Part shown: in pieces, positions 9,312 through 19,709 of the stretch | How the letters are laid out: each line of letters begins with the position of its first letter | Numbering within the stretch: position 1 is the first letter of the stretch | Source of the DNA: Alphaproteobacteria bacterium | GTDB lineage: Bacteria; Pseudomonadota; Alphaproteobacteria; UBA9219 | NCBI GenBank assembly: GCA_028693775.1 | Contig: JAQUUS010000001.1 | Location: 1 to 24,315 of the forward strand | Length of the DNA: 24,315 bases | Direction: 5' to 3' | The notes under the pieces: model-generated | What the model saw: the letters and a program-made list of their open reading frames with translations, nothing else | What the model was told of the DNA's origin: nothing | The model's database searches: none | Position numbers and translations under genes: made by a program

Positions 9312-9599
9312 TTAAGCCCCCGCCTTTTCAGCCTTCTTTTCGGCGACGCTGTGCGCCTTGAACATGCGCGTGGGCGCAAATTCGCCGAACTTGTGGCCGA
9401 TCATATTTTCCGTGACCGATACGGGCAGGAATTTGTTGCCGTTGTATACGCCGAAGGTCAGCCCGACAAACTGGGGCAGAATCGTCGACCGACGCGACCA
9501 GATCTTGATGATCTCATTGCGCCCCGACGAACGGGACTTATCCGCTTTCTTGAGCAGATAGCCATCGACGAACGGGCCTTTCCATACTGAACGTGACAT
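9312..9599 (-). CDS. rpsS: 30S ribosomal protein S19
   Basis: [32 protein letters not shown]. Confidence 0.97.
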   Translation of the reverse strand: MSRSVWKGPFVDGYLLKKADKSRSSGRNEIIKIWSRRSTILPQFVGLTFGVYNGNKFLPVSVTENMIGHKFGEFAPTRMFKAHSVAEKKAEKAGA

Positions 9600-9651
9600 C
9601 TCTCGTTTCCTTCTAAAAAGTCAACTCCGGGCTCGCGCCCTTTGGTATTCC

Positions 9652-10497
9652 TTACGACGCCTGATTATCCTTGCGCTTGTTCGAGCGGCGAATAATCCAG
9701 CGGTTCGTACGCTTGTTGTTGCGGGTCTTCTTGCCCTTCGTTCCCTTGCCCCACGGGGTCACCGGATGGCGAGCCGCTGCGGACTTGCCTTCGCCGCCGC
9801 CGTGCGGATGGTCGACAGGGTTCATGGCGCAACCGCGAACCGTCGGGCGAATGCCCTTCCAGCGATTGCGTCCGGCCTTGCCCGTTTGCTCGTTGGAATG
9901 ATCGGCGTTCGAAACCGCTCCAACCGTCGCCATGCATTCCTGCGGAACGATGCGAAGTTCGCCCGATCCGAGCTTGACTTGCACAACGCCCGTGTCGCGG
10001 CCGACGATCTGGACATAGGCTCCGGCCGAACGGGCCAGCTGCCCGCCCTTGCCGGGCTTCATTTCGACGTTATGGACAATCGTGCCGACCGGGATGTTCT
10101 TGATCAGCATCGCGTTGCCGGGCTTCACGTCAACCTTGTTGCCCGCGACAACCACATCGCCCTTGTTGATGCGCTGCGGAGCCAGAATGTACGCTTGCGT
10201 ACCGTCTTCGTAGGTCACCAGAGCGATGAACGCCGTGCGGTTCGGATCGTATTCGAGGCGCTCGACACGCGCTTCCATGCCGAACTTGCGGCGCTTGAAA
10301 TCGATCACGCGATAGCGGCGCGAGTGTCCGCCGCCGATATGACGCGTCGTGATGCGGCCCTTGTTGTTGCGTCCGCCGGTCTTTGTCAGGCCTTCGGTCA
10401 ACTGCTTGACGGGCTTACCCTTCCACAATTCGGAACGATCCACCTGAATAAGCTGGCGGAGGCCGGGGGTTACGGGTTTGTAATGTTTAAGTGCCAT
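9652..10497 (-). CDS. rplB: 50S ribosomal protein L2
   Basis: [30 protein letters not shown]. Confidence 0.97.
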   Translation of the reverse strand: MALKHYKPVTPGLRQLIQVDRSELWKGKPVKQLTEGLTKTGGRNNKGRITTRHIGGGHSRRYRVIDFKRRKFGMEARVERLEYDPNRTAFIALVTYEDGTQAYILAPQRINKGDVVVAGNKVDVKPGNAMLIKNIPVGTIVHNVEMKPGKGGQLARSAGAYVQIVGRDTGVVQVKLGSGELRIVPQECMATVGAVSNADHSNEQTGKAGRNRWKGIRPTVRGCAMNPVDHPHGGGEGKSAAARHPVTPWGKGTKGKKTRNNKRTNRWIIRRSNKRKDNQAS

Positions 10498-10512
10498 AAT
10501 TCAACCTCTGCC

Positions 10513-10824
10513 TTAGACGCCGGTTTGCATGTCGATGGTGTTGCCCTCGGCCAGCGTGACGATCGCAATCTTTTCGTCACTGCGGTAGCCGACACGGCCA
10601 CGGAAACGCTTCGTCTTGCCCATACGGTTGTGGGTGTTGACGTCCGTGACCTTGACACTGAACAAAGCCTCGATAGCCGACTTGATAACGGGTTTCGTCG
10701 CTTCGCGCGCAACGCGGAACGTGTACTGGCGGTTCGCCGTCACGTTGGTCGCCTTTTCCGTAATCACGGGCGACAGGATCACGCCATAGTGCGCGGCGGT
10801 TGGTGTTGCGGACTTGCTGCTCAT
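10513..10824 (-). CDS. rplW: 50S ribosomal protein L23
   Basis: [26 protein letters not shown]. Confidence 0.96.
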   Translation of the reverse strand: MSSKSATPTAAHYGVILSPVITEKATNVTANRQYTFRVAREATKPVIKSAIEALFSVKVTDVNTHNRMGKTKRFRGRVGYRSDEKIAIVTLAEGNTIDMQTGV

Positions 10825-11441
10825 TTCAGCCTCTCTTGCAATTGCTCAACCGCGTTCTTGGTCAGAACCAAAACGTCGCGGCGGAGGATCTCATACACAT
10901 TGGCGCCCTGCTCAGGCAGAACGTCGATATGCGGTATGTTCCGGGCGGCCTTGGAGAAATTGGGGTCCAGGTTCGCTCCGTCGATGATCAGGGCCGACGC
11001 AAAGCCAAGCTTGGCAAACTTCGCGGCCAGATCCTTGGTCTTGTGCGTATCGATTTTCGCCGAGTCGAGAACGACCAACTTGCCGTCCTGCTGCTTCGAC
11101 GCAAGCGCCATGCACAGCGCAAGCTTGCGGACCTGCTTGGGAAGATCGTGCGCATGATCGCGGACAACCGGCCCAAAGATCACGCCGCCCTTGCGGAACT
11201 GCGCAGAACGCAGGCTGCCCTGACGCGCATGCCCCGTTCCCTTCTGGGCCCAAGGCTTCTTGGTCGTGCCGCTAACTTCGCCAATCTGCTTGGCTTTGTG
11301 ATTGCCGGAGCGACGCTTGGCGAGCTGCCAGTTGACCGTGCGCGTCAAAATGTCGCGGCGCGGCGTTACGCCGAAAACGTCGTCGAGCAGATCGATCGTG
11401 CCGACTTCCTTGTTATCGAGACTTTTTACTGTCGTCTTCAT
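10821..11441 (-). CDS. rplD: 50S ribosomal protein L4
   Basis: [21 protein letters not shown]; start taken at ATG 11441 (GTG 11453 is an alternative). Confidence 0.96.
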   Translation of the reverse strand: MKTTVKSLDNKEVGTIDLLDDVFGVTPRRDILTRTVNWQLAKRRSGNHKAKQIGEVSGTTKKPWAQKGTGHARQGSLRSAQFRKGGVIFGPVVRDHAHDLPKQVRKLALCMALASKQQDGKLVVLDSAKIDTHKTKDLAAKFAKLGFASALIIDGANLDPNFSKAARNIPHIDVLPEQGANVYEILRRDVLVLTKNAVEQLQERLK

Positions 11442-11455
11442 CTTTATACCCACCT

Positions 11456-12193
11456 TTAAGCTGCGGCGCCGGCGTTGTTATCGGCTTTCGCTTCGCCCTT
11501 GGCCTTCAGACCTGCGGGAAGCGGCGCCTCTTTGGGACGAACACGCTTCACTGCATCGCGAACGAAAACATAACCGTTGTCGGGGCCGGGAACGGCACCC
11601 TTCACCATAATAACGTTCAATTCCGGATCCACAGAAACGACCTTCAAGTTCAACGTCGTTACGCTTGTGTTGCCCATATGGCCCGGCATTTTCTTGCCCG
11701 CAAACGTGCGGCCCGGATCCTGACGCTGACCGGTCGATCCGGGGCTGCGATGCGAAACCGAAACACCGTGGGTCGCGCGCAAACCGTGGAAATCCCAACG
11801 CTTCATGACACCCGCAAAGCCTTTGCCGATCGTAACTGCGGTCACGTCGACATACTGGCCGGGAACAAAGTGCGCGGCGGACAGTTCTGCGCCCACTTCC
11901 AGAAGCGCGTCGTCACTGACGCGGAACTCGGCAAGCTTCATCTTGGGCTCAACCTTCGCCTTGGCGAATACGCCCTTCTGAGCCTTGGACACGTTCTTGA
12001 CCTTGGCTTTGCCATAGCCCAGCTGAACCGCCGTGTAGCCATTCTTTTCGGCCGTGCAAACACCCGTCACCTGAACCTCGTCCAGCTTCAAGACCGTCAC
12101 CGGAATGTGCTCGCCCGCTTCGTTGAAAATGCGGGTCATGCCGACCTTTTTCGTAATCAGCCCGGTACGCTGAGATTTTTTTGTCTGTGCCAT
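11456..12193 (-). CDS. rplC: 50S ribosomal protein L3
   Basis: [36 protein letters not shown]. Confidence 0.97.
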   Translation of the reverse strand: MAQTKKSQRTGLITKKVGMTRIFNEAGEHIPVTVLKLDEVQVTGVCTAEKNGYTAVQLGYGKAKVKNVSKAQKGVFAKAKVEPKMKLAEFRVSDDALLEVGAELSAAHFVPGQYVDVTAVTIGKGFAGVMKRWDFHGLRATHGVSVSHRSPGSTGQRQDPGRTFAGKKMPGHMGNTSVTTLNLKVVSVDPELNVIMVKGAVPGPDNGYVFVRDAVKRVRPKEAPLPAGLKAKGEAKADNNAGAAA

Positions 12194-12202
12194 AGCGTCC
12201 TC

Positions 12203-12511
12203 TTAAACCCTGATCTCAACATCGACGCCCGCAGCCAGATCGATCTTCGACAACGCGTCGATCGTTTGCGGCGTAGGCTCAATAATGTCCAATAGACGGC
12301 GATGCGTACGGATTTCAAACTGCTCGCGCGACTTCTTATCGACGTGCGGGCCGCGATTGACCGTAAAACGCTCGAACCACGTCGGCAGCGGAATCGGGCC
12401 GCGTACCTGTGCGCCCGTGCGCTTGGCCGTGCTGATGATCTCGCTCACCGACTGATCCAGCGTGCGATGATCAAACGCTTTCAAGCGTATGCGTATCGTT
12501 TGCGTATCCAT
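12203..12511 (-). CDS. rpsJ: 30S ribosomal protein S10
   Basis: [30 protein letters not shown]. Confidence 0.97.
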   Translation of the reverse strand: MDTQTIRIRLKAFDHRTLDQSVSEIISTAKRTGAQVRGPIPLPTWFERFTVNRGPHVDKKSREQFEIRTHRRLLDIIEPTPQTIDALSKIDLAAGVDVEIRV

Positions 12512-12695
12512 GTTTAAAACCTCAAATCCCGTTTCTTTGAGCCCTTGAGCTCGAATTCTTTGCCGCCTCTTATCCGATGCGGCCTTTGCACAATGGGGCT
12601 GCTTTCTTTGCTTTGGACGCTCTTCTTATTGCGCCCTACCCCGTCTCCGAACAATGCGCCGTGTTCTTAAAACCTTTTGCTCTCACGAGGCTCTG

Positions 12696-12718
12696 CGCGC
12701 CCCCTTTCGGGGGGCGCG
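12696..12718 (-). other. strong GC hairpin with GAAA tetraloop just 3' of tuf, no U-tract
   Basis: - strand CGCGCCCCCC-GAAA-GGGGGCGCG (one bulged C), 13 nt after the tuf stop. Confidence 0.6.
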
Positions 12719-12731
12719 TGAACCTTGCTTG

Positions 12732-13919
<1,188 letters not shown>

Positions 13920-13987
13920 TTTACTCTCCGTTGTTCTCTCAGTTGCGGTTGACTAATAACTTACTTATTTCTTCTATCCTTACGGCG

Positions 13988-16069
13988 TTACCCTGCCATC
14001 TTCGCTTTGACTTCCGCAGCGATGGCTGCCGGGACCTGTTCGTAATGATCGAATTCCATCGTGTACATGGCGCGTCCCTGCGACATCGTGCGCAGTTTGT
14101 TGACGTACCCGAACATGTTGGCCAGAGGAACCTGCGCATCGATCGTGCGGGCGTTGCCGCGCTGATCCATGCCGTTGATCTGACCGCGGCGGCTGTTGAG
14201 GTCGCCGATCACGTCGCCCATGTATTCTTCCGGCGTCACGACTTCGACCTTCATGATCGGTTCGAGAAGCACGGGGCCTGCCTTCGGCATGCCTTCGCGG
14301 AAAGCCGCGCGGGCGGCGATTTCGAATGCCAGAGCCGACGAGTCAACGTCGTGGAAGGCGCCGTCAACCAGGGTCGCCTTGAAGTCGATGGTCGGGAAGC
14401 CAGCGATTACGCCGGTATCCTTGGCCGCTTCGAGGCCCTTGTCGACACCGGGGATGTATTCCTTCGGAACCGATCCGCCGACGACCTTGCTTTCGAACGA
14501 GTACCCCGTTCCCGGAGCGACAGGCTCGAGCTCGATGATGACGCGGGCAAACTGACCCGAACCACCGCTCTGCTTTTTGTGCGTGTAATCGACTGTGTAC
14601 TTCTTTGTGATCGTTTCGCGGTACGCAACCTGCGGCGCGCCAACGTTCACTTCGACCTTGTAGGTGCGCTGAAGGATGTCGACCTTGATTTCAAGATGCA
14701 ATTCGCCCATGCCCTTGATCGTCGTCTGGCCGGTTTCGGCGTTCGACGCGAGGCGGAACGAAGGATCTTCTTGCGCAAGGCGCAGAAGCGCGTTTGTCAT
14801 CTTGTCCTGATCGGCCTTGCTCTTCGGCTCGATGGCCATTTCGATGACGGGATCGGGGAATTCCATGCGTTCGAGAACGATGGGCTTCGCCGAATCGCAC
14901 AGCGTATCGCCGGTCGTCGTGTCCTTGAGAGCCGCCAGAGCGACGATGTCGCCGGCAAAGGCTTCCTTGACTTCTTCGCGCGTGTTCGCATGCATCAGGA
15001 GGATGCGGCCAATACGTTCGCGCTCGCCCTTGATGGTGTTCATGACGTAGGTGCCCGATTCGAGCTTGCCCGAATAAATACGGGTAAACGTCAGCGAGCC
15101 GACAAACGGATCGGTCATGATCTTGAACGCCAGCGCCGACATCGGAGCGTCGTCCGACGGCGGACGTTCGTCGTGTTCGTCCTTGTGGTCGACATGGAAG
15201 CCCTTGACCGTACCGACATCGAGCGGCGACGGGAGGTAATCGACGACAGCGTCCAGCAGCAGCTGCACGCCCTTGTTTTTGAAGGCCGATCCGCAGAGAA
15301 TCGGAACGAACTTCATCGTGATGGTGCCCTTGCGGATGCAAGCGTTGAGAACCTCGATCGAGGGCTCCTTGCCTTCCAGATAGGCTTCCATCGCGGCGTC
15401 GTCCATTTCGACGGCGGATTCAATCATTCTCTGGCGATACTCAAGAGCCTGAGCCTTCAGGTTCTCGGGAATTTCTTCGTCATGGAACTTCGCGCCCAGA
15501 GCTTCGTTTTCCCAAACAACGGCCTTCATGCGGCGAAGATCGATCACGCCTTTGAAGTCGGCTTCGGCGCCGATGGGAAGCTGAAGAACGAGAACGTTCG
15601 CGCCCAGACGGTCGCGGACCATGTCGACGCAACGCGTGAAGTTCGCGCCGATGCGGTCGAGCTTGTTCACAAACACCATGCGGGGAACGCGATACTTGTC
15701 GCCCTGACGCCACACGGTTTCGGTCTGCGGTTCGACGCCCGAAACGGCATCGAGCAGGCAAATCGCACCGTCGAGAACGCGCAAGCTGCGTTCGACTTCG
15801 ATCGTGAAGTCAACGTGTCCCGGGGTGTCGATGATGTTGATGCGGTTGTTGTTCCAGAAGCAGGTCGTGGCCGCCGACGTGATCGTGATCCCGCGTTCCT
15901 GTTCCTGTTCCATCCAGTCCATCGTGGCGGTGCCTTCGTGCACTTCGCCGATCTTGTAGGACTTGCCGGTATAATAGAGAATGCGTTCAGTCGTCGTCGT
16001 CTTACCGGCGTCAATGTGCGCCATGATGCCGATATTGCGATACTTCTCGATGGGAGTTTGACGAGCCAT
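13988..16069 (-). CDS. fusA: elongation factor G
   Basis: [39 protein letters not shown]; 693 aa. Confidence 0.99.
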   Translation of the reverse strand: MARQTPIEKYRNIGIMAHIDAGKTTTTERILYYTGKSYKIGEVHEGTATMDWMEQEQERGITITSAATTCFWNNNRINIIDTPGHVDFTIEVERSLRVLDGAICLLDAVSGVEPQTETVWRQGDKYRVPRMVFVNKLDRIGANFTRCVDMVRDRLGANVLVLQLPIGAEADFKGVIDLRRMKAVVWENEALGAKFHDEEIPENLKAQALEYRQRMIESAVEMDDAAMEAYLEGKEPSIEVLNACIRKGTITMKFVPILCGSAFKNKGVQLLLDAVVDYLPSPLDVGTVKGFHVDHKDEHDERPPSDDAPMSALAFKIMTDPFVGSLTFTRIYSGKLESGTYVMNTIKGERERIGRILLMHANTREEVKEAFAGDIVALAALKDTTTGDTLCDSAKPIVLERMEFPDPVIEMAIEPKSKADQDKMTNALLRLAQEDPSFRLASNAETGQTTIKGMGELHLEIKVDILQRTYKVEVNVGAPQVAYRETITKKYTVDYTHKKQSGGSGQFARVIIELEPVAPGTGYSFESKVVGGSVPKEYIPGVDKGLEAAKDTGVIAGFPTIDFKATLVDGAFHDVDSSALAFEIAARAAFREGMPKAGPVLLEPIMKVEVVTPEEYMGDVIGDLNSRRGQINGMDQRGNARTIDAQVPLANMFGYVNKLRTMSQGRAMYTMEFDHYEQVPAAIAAEVKAKMAG

Positions 16070-16081
16070 TGATGTGTGTCC

Positions 16082-16567
<486 letters not shown>

Positions 16568-16939
16568 TTACTTCGGACGCTTGGCGCCGTACAGCGAACG
16601 GCGTTGCTTGCGGTCCTTCACGCCCTGTGTATCGAACGTGCCACGGATGATATGATAACGAACGCCGGGAAGATCCTTCACACGGCCGCCACGGATCATG
16701 ACGACGCTATGTTCCTGAAGGTTGTGCCCCTCGCCGGGAATGTAGCTGATGACTTCGTACCCGTTGGTCAAACGGACACGAGCGACCTTACGCAAAGCCG
16801 AGTTCGGTTTCTTCGGCGTGGTCGTGTATACGCGCGTGCAGACGCCGCGCTTTTGCGGACAACGCTGCAGGGCCGGAACCTTGTCGCGCTCTTTGCCGGC
16901 GCGGCGGGGTTTTCTGATCAACTGACCGATCGTAGGCAT
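16568..16939 (-). CDS. rpsL: 30S ribosomal protein S12
   Basis: [30 protein letters not shown]. Confidence 0.99.
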   Translation of the reverse strand: MPTIGQLIRKPRRAGKERDKVPALQRCPQKRGVCTRVYTTTPKKPNSALRKVARVRLTNGYEVISYIPGEGHNLQEHSVVMIRGGRVKDLPGVRYHIIRGTFDTQGVKDRKQRRSLYGAKRPK

Positions 16940-16978
16940 CCAATCCTCTTTCTCTTCCGGCGCGCCTCGCGCACCTTC

Positions 16979-17009
16979 AAAAAATTCAGCCCCTCAGGGG
17001 CGGAAAAAA
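16979..17009 (-). terminator. terminator-like hairpin (candidate attenuator) inside the rpsL leader
   Basis: - strand TTC-c-GCCCC-tga-GGGGC-t-GAA-TTTTTT ending 40 nt before the rpsL ATG. Confidence 0.5.
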
Positions 17010-17231
17010 CAATGCACAAAGCCCACATCGGTGCGCTTCAACTCTTGCGCTCCGCGTGGGAGACCTCTTTAACACCGGGCGACCCTGCTCGACCTTGCAT
17101 CCCTCGCTCAGCCAGCCGTTTCATCGCCACAGGCTATTGTTCACTTTCGCGACATCCGAAACCGCGTTTGGATTGGGCCAGTTATGAACAAACGCTTAAC
17201 CGCTCCACCACCGATTCCGAAAAGGCAGGCG

Positions 17232-17260
17232 TTTCTATGCTTTTTCTCCCGTTGCGTCAA
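17232..17260 (-). promoter_or_regulatory. candidate sigma70 promoter of the str operon
   Basis: - strand TTGACG-N17-TAGAAA; the -10 lacks the last T, which is common in alphaproteobacterial housekeeping promoters. Confidence 0.6.
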
Positions 17261-17511
17261 GGAGATATTACGCTTCTTTATACTTTTTTAATCAGACTGC
17301 CGAATGACCGGCGCAAAAGCTTCTAATATCGACATTAAAAGCCGTCGCAACAATGCATTGCCCCTGTATCCGTCAAAAACGGGCCGCTTGAAAAAACAAA
17401 GAATCCAAACTGGATGTATAGATAAATCAAGGCGTTGGCAATAGACTGCAAGCCCCCTTCTCAAAATAGCCCCCCTTCCTCTAATATCCGGAAAGGAAAG
17501 GACGTTTTCTC

Positions 17512-18267
17512 ATGATGTATGCACTGGAACCGTTCGACGCATTTGCGCCGTTTGACAGGCCTATTCAGGTTTTTTTGACCCAGTTTACCGGACGTTTTCC
17601 GCTTTTTGACGATGCAATTTATCTTATTTCGGAGCTCAGCATTTTTAAGGGTATGGCCCTGTTTTCGCTGCTCTGGCTTCTGTGGTTCTATAAAAGCCCG
17701 TCAGAGAGCGCGCAGGATCTCGAAAAACGACGCGAAAGCCTTCTGGTGGTTTTTATAGGAACGCTTGCGGCTGCAGGCTTCGCGCAAGGTTTGCAGGACC
17801 TTTTGTCCGTTCATATCAGGCCTATTGCCGCCGATCTCGGACTCAATTTTTCCCCAAGACTTCTTGCCGTCAAGGCTTTCAGGCCCGTCAATTCCTTTCC
17901 GAGCGATCATGCCGTTTATTTTTGCGCACTCGCGACGGGATTTTGGAAACTCGACAAGAGAATCGGCCTTGTTGTGTTTCTTTGGACGATTCTCGGCATT
18001 TGCATTCCGCGCGTTTATTTAGGCGTTCATTATCCCAGCGATATCGTTGCAGGATGCCTTCTTGGCGTCGCATGGATGCTGGCGTTCGACAAGCTTGCGT
18101 TTATACATGCGGCGGCGCGGCGCATCCTTGTCTGGGGAAAAGTTCATCAGGCGCTCTTCTACTGGTTCGCCTTTCTTCTCACTGCAAATGCGGATCAGTT
18201 GTTCGACGACATCCGCCGGGTTCTTTTGGCGATTCTCGCGACATTCGGGCATAACGTTCATCTTTGA
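17512..18267 (+). CDS. PAP2-family membrane phosphatase (BcrC/YbjG undecaprenyl-pyrophosphate phosphatase-like)
   Basis: Several hydrophobic segments plus the three PAP2 motifs: ..HIRP, SFPSDHA, PRVYLGVHYPSD; AGGAAAGGA RBS. Confidence 0.85.
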   Translation: MMYALEPFDAFAPFDRPIQVFLTQFTGRFPLFDDAIYLISELSIFKGMALFSLLWLLWFYKSPSESAQDLEKRRESLLVVFIGTLAAAGFAQGLQDLLSVHIRPIAADLGLNFSPRLLAVKAFRPVNSFPSDHAVYFCALATGFWKLDKRIGLVVFLWTILGICIPRVYLGVHYPSDIVAGCLLGVAWMLAFDKLAFIHAAARRILVWGKVHQALFYWFAFLLTANADQLFDDIRRVLLAILATFGHNVHL

Positions 18268-18284
18268 TCGGCGAGAAAACGCCC

Positions 18285-19541
18285 TCACACCGAGCGCGAC
18301 GGGTATTGCTTCGAGGCATGAGGCCCCGGTCTCAACGCCTGCACTTTCGCGAATGACGTTATGCTTGTCAGTGCGGCGAAGGATTTGGAAAAAGAAGCGT
18401 CTGTGAGGGCTTCGAACATAACCGGAAGGCCGGGCTTCTTTCCGTCGAAATATATTGCCCACCGGTCGTCCTTTTCATCGTAGGCCATACCGAAGATCCC
18501 GCAGAGGGGGACCTTGTATATTTCGTCCTCGAGCCCGCAGACGCCTCGGTTGGAAACGGCAATCTTGTTGGCGGACGTTTCGACCTTCGATAACGGCGCG
18601 CCGAGAACCATCGCGACTTTTTGCTCCAGCGTCGGGCGCTCGGCATCGAGATGTACGATATTCGCCTTCATGGCGCGCAGCTTTTTGGCGCTGTCGCCCG
18701 CAAAGATCAGCCAGCCGGGGCGCTCATCGTCGAGGATGGGGTCGATCCCGAAGGAATGGCTGAACATCGCCGCGTGGTCGTTGCGAACGGCGGCAATGTC
18801 GGGCTTGTATCGATAACGTTTTGCCAGATCCATCGCGATTATATCGTCGTCCACGGAATAGAACGAAAAATGCATGATGTTGGTGAAGCCCGGATGAAGC
18901 CGGTCGATGAGATCATGCACCGTCCAGCGAGTCATTTCGCCGCGACTGATTCCCAACTTTTCGAGCGTGTTGCAGGCCGCGAGATCGACCTGATCGCGCC
19001 AATTCAGTTCCGGCTTGGCAAAGCCGAATCCCGTGGGCGTATAGCCCGGCACAGGCGGAAGGATGAATTCGCGCGGGCCGTCGTAATCCATATCGTCGAC
19101 CTTTTTTGCAAGGTCGATAAGCGTTTTTATGCGCGAGACAAACTCCGGCGGCGTTTGCCCGAAATGCGCGGTGCTCCACGCTTCGGACTCTTCGTAGATG
19201 TGATCGCCGCCGCGCGTATCGATGATCCCTTCCTTGACGCGACGAATGTAGCCGCAATGAACGGTTTTCTTTGTCAAATTGTCTTTTGCAGACGGCGAAA
19301 ACTTTACGCTCCCGCCCTCCATAACCCGGTCGATGACTTCGTTATCGGGCAACCAGTTTTTCTCCCAACCGAGCGCTTCGCGGTTGTCAAGGTAGTAGAG
19401 CACGTTTTCAGGCATGACCAGCACGGCATTGTCGAAGACAATCTCGACATCCTGCTTTGTCCTGTCGGAATGCTTGCTGACCCGTCCTTTTTGAACGGGA
19501 AAGTCTTCGCTGGATATATGCTCGCCGCGCCCGTGAATCAT
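18285..19541 (-). CDS. hypothetical protein, 418 aa (possibly a divergent DHH-type phosphoesterase)
   Basis: Long ORF with coding-like composition filling the gap between PAP2 and polA. The family guess comes from motif order only, and the start codon is uncertain. Confidence 0.7.
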   Translation of the reverse strand: MIHGRGEHISSEDFPVQKGRVSKHSDRTKQDVEIVFDNAVLVMPENVLYYLDNREALGWEKNWLPDNEVIDRVMEGGSVKFSPSAKDNLTKKTVHCGYIRRVKEGIIDTRGGDHIYEESEAWSTAHFGQTPPEFVSRIKTLIDLAKKVDDMDYDGPREFILPPVPGYTPTGFGFAKPELNWRDQVDLAACNTLEKLGISRGEMTRWTVHDLIDRLHPGFTNIMHFSFYSVDDDIIAMDLAKRYRYKPDIAAVRNDHAAMFSHSFGIDPILDDERPGWLIFAGDSAKKLRAMKANIVHLDAERPTLEQKVAMVLGAPLSKVETSANKIAVSNRGVCGLEDEIYKVPLCGIFGMAYDEKDDRWAIYFDGKKPGLPVMFEALTDASFSKSFAALTSITSFAKVQALRPGPHASKQYPSRSV

Positions 19542-19653
19542 GGAAAACTTCTTTGTATCAAGGCAATAATTCTTCCTAGCACATATCGGTAAAGATCCGT
19601 TGAATCGGGCGTTTACGGATTTTTCACCGTTTTTCCCTGCGAAAGATAACCCG

Positions 19654-19681
19654 TTGGCCCCTTTGAAGAAGCTGATATAAC
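19654..19681 (+). promoter_or_regulatory. candidate sigma70 promoter of polA
   Basis: TTGGCC-N16-TATAAC, 28 nt before the polA ATG. Confidence 0.35.
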
Positions 19682-19709
19682 GCTTTCGTCAACCTTTTCA
19701 CGGATACGC

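Noticed and set aside
13931-16072. 713-aa + strand ORF and similar long antisense ORFs over tuf, rplB, rpsC, rplE, polA, dapA and the PH-like gene
   Set aside because: They mirror conserved genes on the opposite strand, as expected in GC-rich coding DNA; no motifs or RBS support.
16568-16939. Streptomycin-resistance alleles in rpsL
   Set aside because: Both key lysines (PKKPN, RVKDL) are wild type.
17038-17124. 28-codon uORF (MKRLAERG...) in the rpsL leader
   Set aside because: No properly spaced RBS and no telling codon bias; cannot be supported.
16940-17511. tRNA, SRP, tmRNA, RNase P or CRISPR array in this and other intergenic regions
   Set aside because: No cloverleaf, hallmark motifs or regularly spaced repeats were seen.
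19595-19620. ATCCGT-N14-ACGGAT inverted repeat in the divergent promoter region
   Set aside because: Only 6 bp with no recognised regulator consensus; could be chance.
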